A stretch of 64,000 nt of DNA from positions 19,670,628 through 19,734,627 of the forward strand of contig OZ037767.1 in the NCBI GenBank assembly GCA_964035545.1. Reading direction: 5' to 3'. The notes beneath the pieces were generated by a model, which was given only the letters and a program-made list of their open reading frames with translations, was not told the DNA's origin and did no database searches. Each line of letters starts with the position of its first letter. Position 1 is the stretch's first letter. A program made the position numbers and the translations under genes. This document shows positions 22,539 to 36,708 of the stretch, one piece after another. Source of the stretch: Bugula neritina. Taxonomy: Eukaryota > Animalia > Bryozoa.

Positions 22539-25500
22539 TCACGTAGATTTTGAACTTGACTCTGTTCTATGCCGTGTACTGTCAGACTTCTCATACTCCA
22601 TCTTAACTCCGCCCACAGTTGACGTCATCGTAGTCTGTCTCTGTAAAACCCTTGGTGGTCCACTTGACTCATCTATTATGGACGGACCACTTATTGCTTT
22701 TCGTAGCTACAAAATATTATTCAAAATCAAGATGGTGCAAAAGGTTTTTTGCTAAAAAGATTAGAAAAGTTATCAGGAGCAACGAGATTTGCTGCTGAAA
22801 CTTGATATTCAAGAAAAGCTACAGAAGGATCATATATCTCCTTGTTTTACATTTTCACTTTTTGAAAACTTCATTTGGTATGAAATCAAAGTGCAAACTA
22901 AAAAAGAAATTTGAAAACAATATATAATTAAACCATAGGTTGTGGAAACAACTCCAACAGACAAAGGTGGTTACAGTGTGTAGAGTTGTGGAGGAGTATA
23001 CAGTGTGTAGGGCTGTAGAGCCTCCTAATTGGCTGTAGAGTTGAACCAGTCAAGAAAATTCAATCATAAATTGACAACATGAAAATTTCTATTGAAAGAA
23101 AACTTATTCACTAGAAAAAAGCAAAGCTACAACAAAAATATATGAAACAATATTAATTATACATCACCTTCAAAATGTTTCTGCAGCTAATAAAAAGTAT
23201 TAACAAGTTAAATTATGAAAAGGGATTTAATTTTATCTCTACGACAGAAGAATTTTGGAGTTGTCCTAAAAACATTTTGACAAAATTCGAAAGTTTTCTT
23301 ACAACTTCAAAACTAAGTCAACTATACACACACTGAACAAGTTAGAGTTCTTTCAATTACATAAAATTGAATATATATCTTGCAATTTAAATACACCTAC
23401 ATTGGTTAAACGAGTGTTTAGAACAATCACCCACACTTCAGACAAAATTTTAGACACTAAATTCAACACAGGAACATTTTCTTCTACACACACAAAATTC
23501 CAGCTTATTTAAAACGGAAACAAGAATTAGAAAGATCTTAAGCAACAGTTGAAGAGAAAGCAACTTCAAACTAGTCTAAGAAATTAGTCTAAATGGGTTC
23601 ACACTCGCAACACCCTCACCGAGTTTCTCATGTATTTCATACAGCTAAACAAAGGCGATATTAAAGCACATGTAACCATATCAGACTCATGCACAGCAGG
23701 AGTAGGTAGCTTCCTAACATTAGATTACGATGGAGGAGCAAAATTATACTTTACCCACAATTAAAAATGCATGTTAACTTATCATCAATATATGATATCC
23801 ACCATTACAATATTAGCAATATCACTAAAGCACACAATATGTACAATGGAAGAGTTATGTTTACCTCTTTGAGAGAGACAACTCCCACGAGTCTACCAAC
23901 ATTAGTAACGTAAGCATGGTTTAATCCCAGTAAAGAGAATAGAGAATGCACCTGCAATAGTCAGTTACTAAAGACTAAAAAATCGGGAGTGGAAATCAGG
24001 TAACTACAGCAAATACAACACAAAGCATAAATTGAGTTTCATGTGAAAACATGCATTACATCCATCCTATGAGTATTATAAATATAACATACAACATCTT
24101 GTTTAATTGCAGTAGAAATTGAATTATTGACTTAAACAGCTTTATCGAAATACTATCTACTTACTCGGTTTACTTACTAATGTACATAGTAAGTTTAGCA
24201 ACTTGACAACTTAGTGACTTGGCAACCAGCAGCCTAGCAACCCAGTAACTTAGCAGCCCAGTAGCTTAGCAACTCAGTAGCTTAGCAACTCAGCAGCTTA
24301 GCAACCCAGTAGCTTAGCAACTCAGTAGCTTAGCAACTCAGCAGCTTAGCAAAATGGTAACTTAGCAGCAAAAGAGCTTAACAATCTGCTGGTTTAATCA
24401 CTCCCTTAGTTAATCAGTCATACTAATCATAGATAGAATACCCTTCTAAGAGTTTTCTAGCAAACACAATTTAGCCCTATAGAATTAACTTATAAAACCC
24501 ACCTTATAAAGGGATGTTCTAAGGACTAGTTGAAATGGTGCTGGGTCTATTTGACACTGCTCAAAGTCTATCTTACTACTCAGTCTCTCTGCCTCCCACT
24601 TCAATTGCTGCAAGTAGTTCATGAGAAGCTGTTTTTAAAACAGACTTCAAGACATAAACAATATGGCAGAGATTATGCTGACTGTGAAACTTAGTTTTTC
24701 AGTCTATTTTGAAAATCATCATTAAACTAACCACACTTACCTTTTTATATCTACAAAATGATTTGCTGCAAATTAGCAAAATAAATTCAACAAAAAATAT
24801 ATTGAAGTAAGAAAAGGGGTACAACAAATACTCCGCACAGCCAACCACCTAATAACTAATAAACACTAAATACTGACTCATAACTGGTTGAGATTAGTTA
24901 CTAACTACTAATAGTTTCTATATACTAACTAAAGAGCACTAGCTACTGACTGATAACTAATAGTACTAATTGATGACTGCTGACTAATATACATGACTGA
25001 CTGAATGGAAAGTAAAGCCAACTAGGTAATTAAATAAAAATACATCAACTACAGGTAAAAGGTGATAAGCTTGATAGCAACATATGTGAACACAGGTGTG
25101 CTTTCAGTTGTGTATCACTGTAAATATTTATAGCCTATCCCATTGGCTTAGGATGTGTATCTGTATAATAAAGGTAACGTCAGGTGCTGCTAGCTTTTCT
25201 GAACAGCTAAGTTCCAAACATTCCATATATTATATTATATTATATATATATTATATATTATATTATATTATAAGTATAGTAATGTACAGAGTGTATAGTA
25301 AGTATAGTAATGTACTGAGTGTATAATAAGTATAGTAATGTACAGAGTGTATAATAAGTATAGTAATGTACAGAGTGTATAGTAAGTATAGTAATGTACT
25401 GAGTGTATAGTAAGTATAGTATTGTACTGAGTATATGGTAAGTATAGTAACGTACTGAGTATATGGTAAGTATAGTAATGTACTGAGTATATAGTAAGTA

Positions 25501-28500
25501 TAGTAATGTACTGAGTATATAGTAAGTATAGTAATGTACTGAGTATATAGTAAGTATAGTAACGTACTGAGTATATAGTAAGTATATTATTGTACTGAGT
25601 GTATAGTAAGTATAGTAATGTACTGAGTATATAGTAAGTATAGTAATGTACTGAGTGTATAGTAAGTATAGTAATGTACTGAGTGTATAGTAAGTATAGT
25701 AATGTACTGAGTGTATAGTAAGTATAGTAATGTACTGAGTGTATAGTAAGTATAGTAATGTACTGAGTGTATAGTAAGTATAGTAATGTACTGAGTGTAT
25801 AGTAAGTATAGTAATGTACTGAGTGTATAGTAAGTATAGTAATGTACTGAGTGTATAGTAAGTATAGTATTGTACTGAGTGTATAGTAAGTATAGTAATG
25901 TACTGAGTGTATAGTAAGTGTAGTAATGTACTGAGTGTATAGTAAGTATAGTAATGTACTGAGTGTATAGTAAGTGTATAGTAAGTAGCTCTTGTTCTGG
26001 ATGACAGGAAATTAGCCAATCACACACAACTGCTACGTGACCCAATAAAATATACCACAAACACACCTTACCTCATAAACAGGTAGATCCACTATTCTAA
26101 ATGGTGGCTAAGAATATATTAGAATAAAATGAGATTGATTTTATCATAACATAATATAGCTGCATATATAGCATACTGTAGATGATGCTTTTTGACTACC
26201 CATTCAATTATAGTGATAGTTGGTACTGATAGCGATACAGTATAGCATATTTAATAAAATTTGAAACTTACTCGAGGTGACTTAAACTGATTTGGCAGTA
26301 GAGCTCACCACACCAATAGTCTATTAACTAAACCATCACTTACACACACTGCTAGGGTGAGAAATAAACTAGTGAGTTCACAATGTTGGCTGCATTTACT
26401 TGGTGTTGAAACCAGATATCACACTCACAGCAAACTCTTACCAGTTTCACTGATTTCAGTCTCTGCGCTGACCTACGGGCTGACCTATGCCCACACTAAT
26501 AAATAGCCAAATATGTGAGGATCACTAAAACCATAAAGTATGATTCAGTTGGAACAAAACTAATTTCTGACTAAAATGGCTAAAGGGAAGTATTTAGGCT
26601 ACTGCGCACATATCCTGTCTGTCAAGTAATTTACAGGGTGTCTACAAACTTTTAGGTAAGCTATATGCCTCAAAGAAAAACGCTGACCTCACAATGGCTG
26701 TCAAGGTCATATTTAAAGGTCACAAACCTGTTGACTTTACAGGTAATTGACATCATCACAATTATTGCTTAATTTAGACACTTTAGTAATTGAGTAAAAG
26801 TAAGTGATTGAAGAAAAATAAGTCATATTTAAGATATAATAAAAGTAGGTTGCTTTTGATAGCCATTGGCTCTTAGTAGAACATAAACACCACCTTTTCA
26901 TGCATCTGAACCACTTTAATGTATTTGAGGTTAGTGGATGTTGAGATTTCACTACTATAAATTGTCTTAGCCAGTTAAGTGCTTTAAATATCTCACATAT
27001 AACAGAATTGAAATATAATTATTTAAATGTAGTTCTGGTGTTAGAAGCCACCCATGAGCACAGTTAGAAAGTAAGCAATCAAACCATTACCGATAGTCTG
27101 TATTAGTAGAATTAGTGCAAAACACAGTTTAGAAGAAACCAACATTTAGGAGCAGTAGTGGAGACATTGAGATTGCTTAAGCTCTTTATACTTCTTTTAT
27201 AAATTTTGGTTTGGGTTTAAAATGCTCAGAGAAGATAAATTCGCTTGCTACATTTTTAATCTAGATCACAGGCTTTTCCCAATTTCTCTATTACTGCACC
27301 TACCTCGCACTAGCTAGAAAAGAGAAAACAGAAACACAGTAATATGCCTTACAGATGAACATTCAGTTTCTAGTGGTAACGGGTGCACCATTGCTATAAA
27401 AAGATTGTAGGGCAGATGTATTTTTCAATAGCTCTAAACTATTACAAAGTTAATAAATGTCGGCATAGACATTTTTAAACCCATGGTATATCTATTTCCA
27501 GTTTGATATATCTAGACTATTTATAGACTGTTATATGATTGGATGAAATATATTTCATTTGGTGATTTTAATTATTTTCTGGTAAATGTTACTAAATGGT
27601 TAACTAATACTTTAGCATAAAATACTAGTTAATAATTTATCATTTACATCGTAAGCTGTTTCCCATTTGAAAATTTCAGGAACTGAATGTTCAACCTATA
27701 AGCAATAAAAGACAAGACAGCAAATAAAAAGATTAGACTGAGCTCTTAGCAATCATGTTGGTGGAAGGGGCGGTGCATCTTACCCGCCACGACGGTATCT
27801 CAAAGTGAACATGCCCATCAACAACATCATCTTTGACTGATGTGGAAATGAGGCTATCAGTAGTGCTGCAGTCTGACTGAAGGTGAAAGAAGAAGAAATT
27901 GGTGAGTATAATATGTTAGCAGCTAAATCCGTGACAGTAGAAAATGAAAACACATCTCCATGCTTCTCTGGTAAGGACACCTGACACACCTGACATGTGT
28001 CATCATGAGAAATCTGACAGGTATGACTCACAGCTATTACTAGCAGAGCACATGACATTGTGACACATAGTAGGACATGGTGACAGCTAGAGTGACAAGT
28101 TCAAGTACAGTGAGAACAAGTGCTGTGAAGTACATTAACAGGTGCTATAAAGTTATAGAGGTATTTGAATAATCATTTTAACTTCAAACGTGAAAATAAA
28201 AAAGTAATGCAAACACTTTGTGTAAAAAGTACACAACAAAACTGAATTTACATATTGCAGATGCACTTTCACAGAGAGAAAACAAAGTTTTTAAATGTTT
28301 TCAATTTAACCAAATGACACATTTAAAAATACACATGACTATAATACTAACAATATCATATAATGTGGTAAGGATAGGAAGGGGTGGGAAGTCAGCTATA
28401 TTTTGATGAATGGATGGAATTGAACAGCCAACTAGTATATTGACTGGCATCTATATGTGCATAACACATACTAAGTGGAAGAAGGAACAGGCAAATGGAG

Positions 28501-31500
28501 CAATTAATGGCAACAAATTTCTGTGAAAGAGCAGGTCTTAGTTGGGAAAGTATTAAGATGGATACTGTTAACATTTGCTTCTGGGTCAGCTTGGGAAATG
28601 AATAGTGTTTAAAAAAGATGTGATCTAAACGAAGAGGAGGTGGTTCATTTGGAGAGGGAGTGGTTTAATTAGAGGGGGTGTGGTCTGTTTGGAGAGGGTG
28701 TGATCTATTTGGAGAGTGTGTGGCTTAAATGGAGAGGGTGTGGTTTCAATGAATAGAATGTGATCTAAAAGTAAATATGTGATCTAAATGCTGTCACTGG
28801 TCTAAACAGAGAAGGTGTGGTGGACATAGAAAGTGTAATAACTAGAAAGATTGTGACAGTTGTAAGTGACATGGGACTGGTGAGGTGGAGGAAAATACTA
28901 AAAGTCTAAAACATTTTCCATGTATAAATTACCATAAAAATAGTTGCATATATTAATCTCAATCTAATATATAATTTTCTACAAATATTTATACAATAAA
29001 TTTCTACAAGTAGGCGCCATGCTGAATATTGATGAGTCAGCAGCTGGTGGTGGTTTATTGAATAGCTGAGCATAATATATTGGAGTTTGCAAGAAGTGAA
29101 TTAGTGATATGGTGATTTACACATGGAAAGGCATGGAAGGAATGGGATGCGGTGATGTGACTGGTATTTCAAGGTAACATTCAACTCCCAAACCTGAGTT
29201 ATCTGTCCTGAAAACTATAATAGAACACAGAATGTAACATCATTACAATGCTGAAGCTGGTATATAGACTGTTTAGAACTCGCAGAACAGAAGAAAACAA
29301 GAAACTTAAAGAGCTTTGAAACAGATAGCCACCCACTCAGGAGCTAATTAACTGTAATGTTTACCAAATCATCATCTGATTGGTCGAGTCTCTCTGATGA
29401 TGACCTTTGTTTGGATCGAAACAGCTGAGTGAGAGGTGTAGCACGGCGGTCTAAAATCATATTATTTTGCATTATATTATATTATAGGCTTCAACAGATA
29501 TAAACTAGAAAGACAGTGCAAAGCTTAAAATAGCGATGTTAAAGCCGAAGCTAACAAATTAAACAACCAGTAAAAAACTGAAATTCAATGGCTGAATAAA
29601 AGGCAGCAGCCATGGTCTAGTTACTAGTATGACAACCAGACCAGTAGAACCAATCTTAACAGAAGCTAATAGTAATGTCAGCATACAGTCTATATAATTC
29701 ACTAAATAAAATGAAGGACCCAAGTAGCAGCTCGCACAGCCTAACAGCCATTTGACATCCTGCATCCTGATGAATTCTAATATATAGACAATGCCAAGGG
29801 AGTCTTACTAGATTTGGGGCTGCCATCTGGAACGTTAGAAAGAGATTTGGATCTTGGCTTGAGTTCAGAAGACAGGTCTGGATTCGTGTTGGATTTTTTG
29901 AGAATAGATTTAGACGGGGCACTGCGCTCAGGAGCTCCTGTATTTAGAGTAGTCAACAGTAGCATCTTGCAAAGCTTTAACAAAACAGACACAATCAACT
30001 GTTGACAAAATGTTTGCTACAGCCTAAATGCAAAATCAACCATAACTTACAAACCCATATTTTTTCAACACCTCAAACACTTGGTGGATTTAAAAAGATA
30101 TAATTAAACAATAAAAAAACTAAACCGGGTGAGGTGAAATCTGCATGGTAGCCAAACCTCATCTTTGTTTGAACTTAGGAATTCCCAAGTACCCTGTTTT
30201 AATAGTTTTGGTTAGGAAAGTCACATTACGATGTGAACCAAATTTATTACGATTTAAGGATTCTAGATATTTGCCGTAAATTCGTCGTGCATGTATATAA
30301 TTAGTGTGTATATAATAGGTATGTAGTCCCATTGTACCGATAGTCTTGTATACATTCTCTCCTGCATTTTCTAGACGCTCTGCCAAAACTTCTAAGCTCC
30401 TTTCTTGTCTGTCATCCTGAATTATTAATTAAATTATTTTCATTCCAAATTTTTCGTACTATTCTTGATATACAAATACCTGTTATACTCAGTAAATAAC
30501 ATAAATACACTATTAGTTACTAGTGAATAACAGTTACACTGACAACTAGTTACTACTGACTACTAGTTACACTGACTACTAGTAACTAGTGAGTAACAGT
30601 GACACTGACTGCTAGTTACTAGTGAGTAACAGTTACACTGATTACTAGTTACAAATAACAGTTATACGAACAACTAGTTACTAGTGAGTAACAGTTATAT
30701 TAAGTACTAGTTACTAATGAGTAACAGTCACACTGACTACTAGTTACTAATGAGTAACAGGCACACTGACTACTAGTTACTAATAAGTAACAGTCACACT
30801 GACTACTAGCTACATACACTCTCGTCATCAGATGTTGAAGAAGGACTTTTCTTTCCCGCTGCTCTCTTTCTCGGAGAGGAAGAAGGTGCGGACTGTCTAT
30901 TCTTCTTGTAAGCTGCATACAGACAGTCAAGTTAGAACACAACAATAAAAGCACGCATCAACAACCTCCATATACATGTGTATTCCTACTCTCAGACTAT
31001 TCTAGGACTCTCAGACTATTCTAGTACTCTCAGACTATTCTAGTACTCTCAGACTATTCTGGTACTCTCAGACTATTCTGGTACTCTCAGACTATTCTGG
31101 TACTCTCAGACTATTCTGGTACTCTCAGACTATTCTAGTACTCTCAGACTATTCTAGTACTCTCAGACTATTCTAGTACTCTCAGACTATTCTGGTACTC
31201 TCAGACTATTCTGGTACTCTCAGACTATTCTGGTACTCTCAGACTATTCTGGTACTCTCAGACTATTCTAGTACTCTCAGACTATTCTAGTACTCTCAGA
31301 CTATTCTAGTACTCTCAGACTATTCTGGTACTCTCAGACTATTCTGGTACTCTCAGACTATTCTAGTACTCTCAGACTATTCTGGTACTCTCAGACTATT
31401 CTAGTACTCTCAGACTATTCTGGTACTCTCAGACTATTCTAGTACTCTCAGACTATTCTGGTACTCTCAGACTATTCTAGTACTCTCAGACTATTCTAGT

Positions 31501-34500
31501 ACTCTCAGAATATTCTAGTACTCTCAGACTATTCTGGTACTCTCAGACTATTCTAGTATACATACTGCCAGGTTTCTTGCCATTGCCCGGCAGCTGTTCA
31601 TTCACCACGTCTGCTGCTGCTGCTCCGCTGTTTGTGGACCTCATCTTCCTGTCTCTACCGAGGTGCTCCTCCAGCATCCTGATTAGTTCTATTCTCTGTA
31701 CGGAGCCGAGTAGGATCATGTTATCTATACAGTAAGTATAGCGTGTGACTTACACACCTATACAGTAAGTACTTACACATCTAGACATGCTATTTGAACA
31801 CATCACTACAATGTATATATAGTCAAGGTTCTTATCAGTGTGCTTGTGTGTTGGGCCAAGGTGAGACGTCCCCCATTTTATATCATAACTGAATATTAAG
31901 CATACAATACATTGGATATGAAATTGGTGCCTAGCTTTAACACAGTTTCAGTTAATATTGGTAACATACATAAGTCTAGCTGCTTAGAACTATTTCATAT
32001 TGCTTCTTGTTATGGTATATAACCATTCATACTTGAACAGTCAAATTTTTTCACATGCTAAAATAAAAATATTCTCGTATTCAACAAATTAAATGTATTA
32101 TCCAATAATATAAGTAAAGTTATTACTGATTATATATTATGGACAAAATTTTTTAGTTTATTTAGTTTCCACAGAGACAAATCATTTCTCCTCAACACTT
32201 CGGAAAAATGCTTTAAATGATATAACTCACACTATGTTATTGGTGCATTGTCTATGCTCATTACCAGCATACTATATTACATATACTGTTATACTGCATG
32301 TTATATTATGTATGCAGAACTCCTATAAATGGGATGGACAACATACAGTGCTCCCATTCTTATGACATTCTATAGGTCACGACCAGGGCTTGGACCCCTG
32401 CTTTGTGGCTTATGTATGTTTGTACAAGGACAAAATGGCCGAATCTATTCTACTATGTCATGAATTGAGGTCTCAGGACCAGAAAACTAGTGAGATATGG
32501 AGGGAACACATACTAGCCTAAGAACCTTACTTTTATTCTCTACGAGGGGAAATGTGCGCAACCCTTCATTCTGACTGAGCAGACTCCTGATGTCTTCATA
32601 GGTAGTCGACTCATGGCTGATTATCTTCACGTCTTTCACCATGATGTCTTCAGCCATAGTTCTGTGAGCACTGGTAGAGTAGGTGGGGTTAGTAGAGTTA
32701 TCAGTGTGAGATCATTGTGTCATACATACAGTATATATACAATACACAGAGTACATACCTACAGTATATATACAGTACATACACACAGAGTACATACATA
32801 CAGAGCACATACACAGAGTACATACCTACAGTATATATACAGTGCATATAATACACACAGTACATAATAAACACTAGCCCCATACCTCGAGTTATTAGGC
32901 AGAAGGTTGGGCAGGTAAGGCAGCCGTTTGATCTGTATTATGCTGTCATATATAGAGGGCTGGAGGATGTTGGCGACAGCGTTAGCTATGAGTACAGCCA
33001 GGACAGCCGGGAGAAGGTGGGAGAGCTGTCCAGTCATCTCAAACACTATCATACTGGTGGAGATGGTGCGGGTCACTGCTCCTGATAATGCTGCCGCACC
33101 TACACACAGGTATTAGTACTCACAGGTTGTGTAGGTAGGTGTAACAGGCAGATGCAAGTTATACACCAACAGAAAAGTGATGCAATAACAGCCAGATAAA
33201 TCTGCCTATGCTGGTTTGACATTAGTAACGCACAAGTTACTCAGCTTTTTCTGTGCCTGACGTTGATTGATGGAGATTTTGGTTATAAAATGAACAAAAG
33301 AAGATTTAGGAATAGAGTTGGAGCAACACAGCAGTCATAGCAATGCGCCTTGTGAAAAAGTTACCACCCCTGGTGATACTTTAGCTACTACCCCTCGTGC
33401 TACTTCAGTTACCACTCCTGGTGCGCCCTGTGAAAAAGTTACCAACTCCGGTGATACTATAGTTACTACCCCTGGTGATACATGTAGTTACTACTCCTGG
33501 TGATACATGTAGTTACTACTCCTGGAGATACTAGTAGTTACTACCCCTGGTGATACTAGTAGTACTTACCCACAACAGCGTAACCAGCTGGTATTACTTG
33601 ATAGATCGAGTATCCATTGTTTATACCATTTGGAAAGAAGACGTACATGGCCTCCCCTACTAGTCTGCCAAATGCAGCACCTAAAGATAGTATTGTAGTT
33701 TACCGGTAAATATACATGTACTTTATACCAGTATATAATATGCACTATGTAATCGCGCATACATGTACTGTGTAGTAGTATATACATGTACTTAGCGACT
33801 CAGTGATTATATACAATACGTGTAGTGACTCACCCATAGCAAACACAGGTATAAACACACCAGATGGAACAGGAAGTGTGATGGCCACGGCTGACATCAG
33901 AAACTGTAAGAGAGAGCACCTTGTGTATGTTACTTACTATAAACACCATGTACGTTACTTACTATAAACACCATGTATGTTACTTACTATAAACACCGTG
34001 TACATTACTTACTATAAACACCATGTATGTTACTTACTATAAACACCACGTATGTTACTTACTATAAACACCATGTACGTTACTTACTATAAACACCATG
34101 TACGGTACTTACTATAAACACCGTGTACGGTACTTACTATAAACACCATGTATGTTACTTACTATAAACACCACATACGTTACTTACTATAAACACCATG
34201 TATGTTACTTACTATAAACACCACGTACGCTACTTACTATAAACACTATGTACGTGGCTTACTATAAACACCATGTATGTTACTTACTATAAACACCATG
34301 TACGTTACTTACTATAAACACCATGTACGGTACTTACTATAAACACCATGTATGTTACTTACTATAAACATCGTGTACGTTACTTACTATAAACACCATG
34401 TATGTTACTTACTATAAACACCACATACGTTACTTACTATAAACACCATGTACGTTACTTACTATAAACACCATGTACGTTACTTACTATAAACACTATG

Positions 34501-36671
34501 TACGGTACTTACTATAAACACCATGTACATTACTTACTATAAACACCATGTACGTTACTTACTATAAACACCATGTACGTTACTTACTATAAACACTATG
34601 TACGGTACTTACTATAAACATCATGTACGTAACGAGGGACACCCATATTGAGGGATTGTCCCACCTCGCAATGATAATCTGCTCGTCTACAGTCAGCATC
34701 TCATTGTACTTGTCACTCCACGTCACATTAGCAAAGAAATCTGACAGTGCTCGTCTGAAAGTTATCTGCAGAAACAGAAAGGATATAGAAGCGTTTTATT
34801 GAGAGGCATTAAACTACAAAATTATACCATTTATATAAAAATATTTCGTTTTAATTTCAAGCAAATAATGGCTGAGTTCATAGCCAGTTAAGTGATTTTA
34901 ATATTCATTCCCATAATTAATAATGACAAATTCCAGGGAACTTTTTTGATAGCAAAATTTGTTTTCTTGTGAATTAAAAACAAGAATAAAGCATAGCCGT
35001 GGATTTTACAAATTATGAATAGATGAGAGTCTATACTAACCCCTCCACCCATATACTGTCCAAGAGATTGAGGGCAAGTGGCTGCAGTAATAATGGAGGT
35101 GACTATCAGTGGGTATATGAACCGACTAAAACAATATGCACAGCATTATTGAGTTCATATACGACATAATATATTACAACAGAGCATTGCATTGTGTGAG
35201 TAAAAGTGTAACAATATTACAGCCGTAATGTAATATTTATATGACATGGCAGTGAAAAGTGAGCATTAAAAATTTAGTATAGTTAAACTCTTACACAGTA
35301 TACAGCTGTAATATAGATATTACATTACTCATAATTGCAATAAGAAGTGTAGCTACACAAATAGAAGCTGCAATGACTGTCCCCTAACAGAGCATGTGTC
35401 CAGAGTTGAATTAAACTCACTAGCTTTGAAGGAAGCCAGAAAACCTCTTATTTTTTCTCATCAGGAACACAAACTTGCGATGGAGCCACACGAACAGAGC
35501 TCCAGCCAAGCCGCTGAAGAACCTGCAATGAACAGCCTCCCTGATACAAGAGTGGATATGCGGGAGAGAGTTGGTAAAGTCTCACAGGAAATCAAACTTT
35601 TATGATGTATGATTGCATGTCACATCCTTAGTTCCACAAGTTACTATACTGCAAAGTACTGCACCGCAGTAAATACTTACCCGATGCCCGCAAAACACAG
35701 GAACTCTGCCGCATCAAATGGAAACTCGTGACGTAGCGTAGTTCTAAAGATGGCCGTCACCGTGTTCTCATCCTCAAACCAGATGGCACACAGTCTAAAC
35801 AATATAGCCGCACACGCTGCTGAGAAGAAGCCTCGCCAGTAGTTTCTGACAGCGAAGTACGTGGCAGTTACTTCGATACTAAACAGCACGCCCCCTATCG
35901 GGGCAGCAAAGGTGCAGGCAACTCCAGTAGCTGCTGCCGCTGCCAGCATTTCATTATTCCGTGATTCATTCTAGCAAAACAGAGTACAGTGTAATATATA
36001 ATATACAGTACAGTGTGGCATACAATATACAGTACAGTGTAACATATAATATAAAGTACAGTGTAACATATAATATAAAGTACAGCGTAACATATAATAT
36101 ACAGTACAGTGTGATATATAATATACAGTACAGTGTAATATATAATATACAGTACAGTGTGATATATAATATACAGTACAGTGTAACATATAATATACAG
36201 TACAGTGTAATATATATATACAGCACAGTGTAATATATAATATACAGTACAGTGTAATATACAATATACAGTACAGTGTAATATACAATATACAGTACAG
36301 TGTGATATATAATATACAGTACAGTGTGACATATAATATACAGTACATATTATTTTCCTCACCTCATAGATGCCTCTGAAAGAGCTGATAGACTTACTAA
36401 GTAGTGTGGCAACTATACTGGCTATATGAACAAACGGACCCTGCAATCAACAAGTTTATACAATAGATAAGTACACACGCAGTGTAAACTTGTACACACT
36501 TGGCACAGTTACAATTAGAGAGAATCAAGTACTGTAAATACAGCAACACACCATGAGTTCTATTCTCACTTATAACTATTTGCCCACAAGTTGGTATTAT
36601 AATAGTCGACGGAGGTTTCCAGAAAAATCATAAGAATTATCTAATATAAAAGAACCCACAGAGAAAATATA

Positions 36672-36708
<37 letters not shown>

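Noticed and set aside
25258-26066. Long Tyr/Thr/Leu-rich ORFs (253 and 159 aa)
   Set aside because: Translations of the 28-bp minisatellite.
29120-29207. Additional ClC cassette exon ([15 protein letters not shown]...)
   Set aside because: Open in phase 2, but no upstream phase-2 donor was found; in phase 0 it stops after two codons. Left unassigned.
35895-36446. 183-aa ORF extending the GPFVH exon, and overlapping ORFs
   Set aside because: Read-through into a 24-bp intronic repeat; the true exon ends at 36363.
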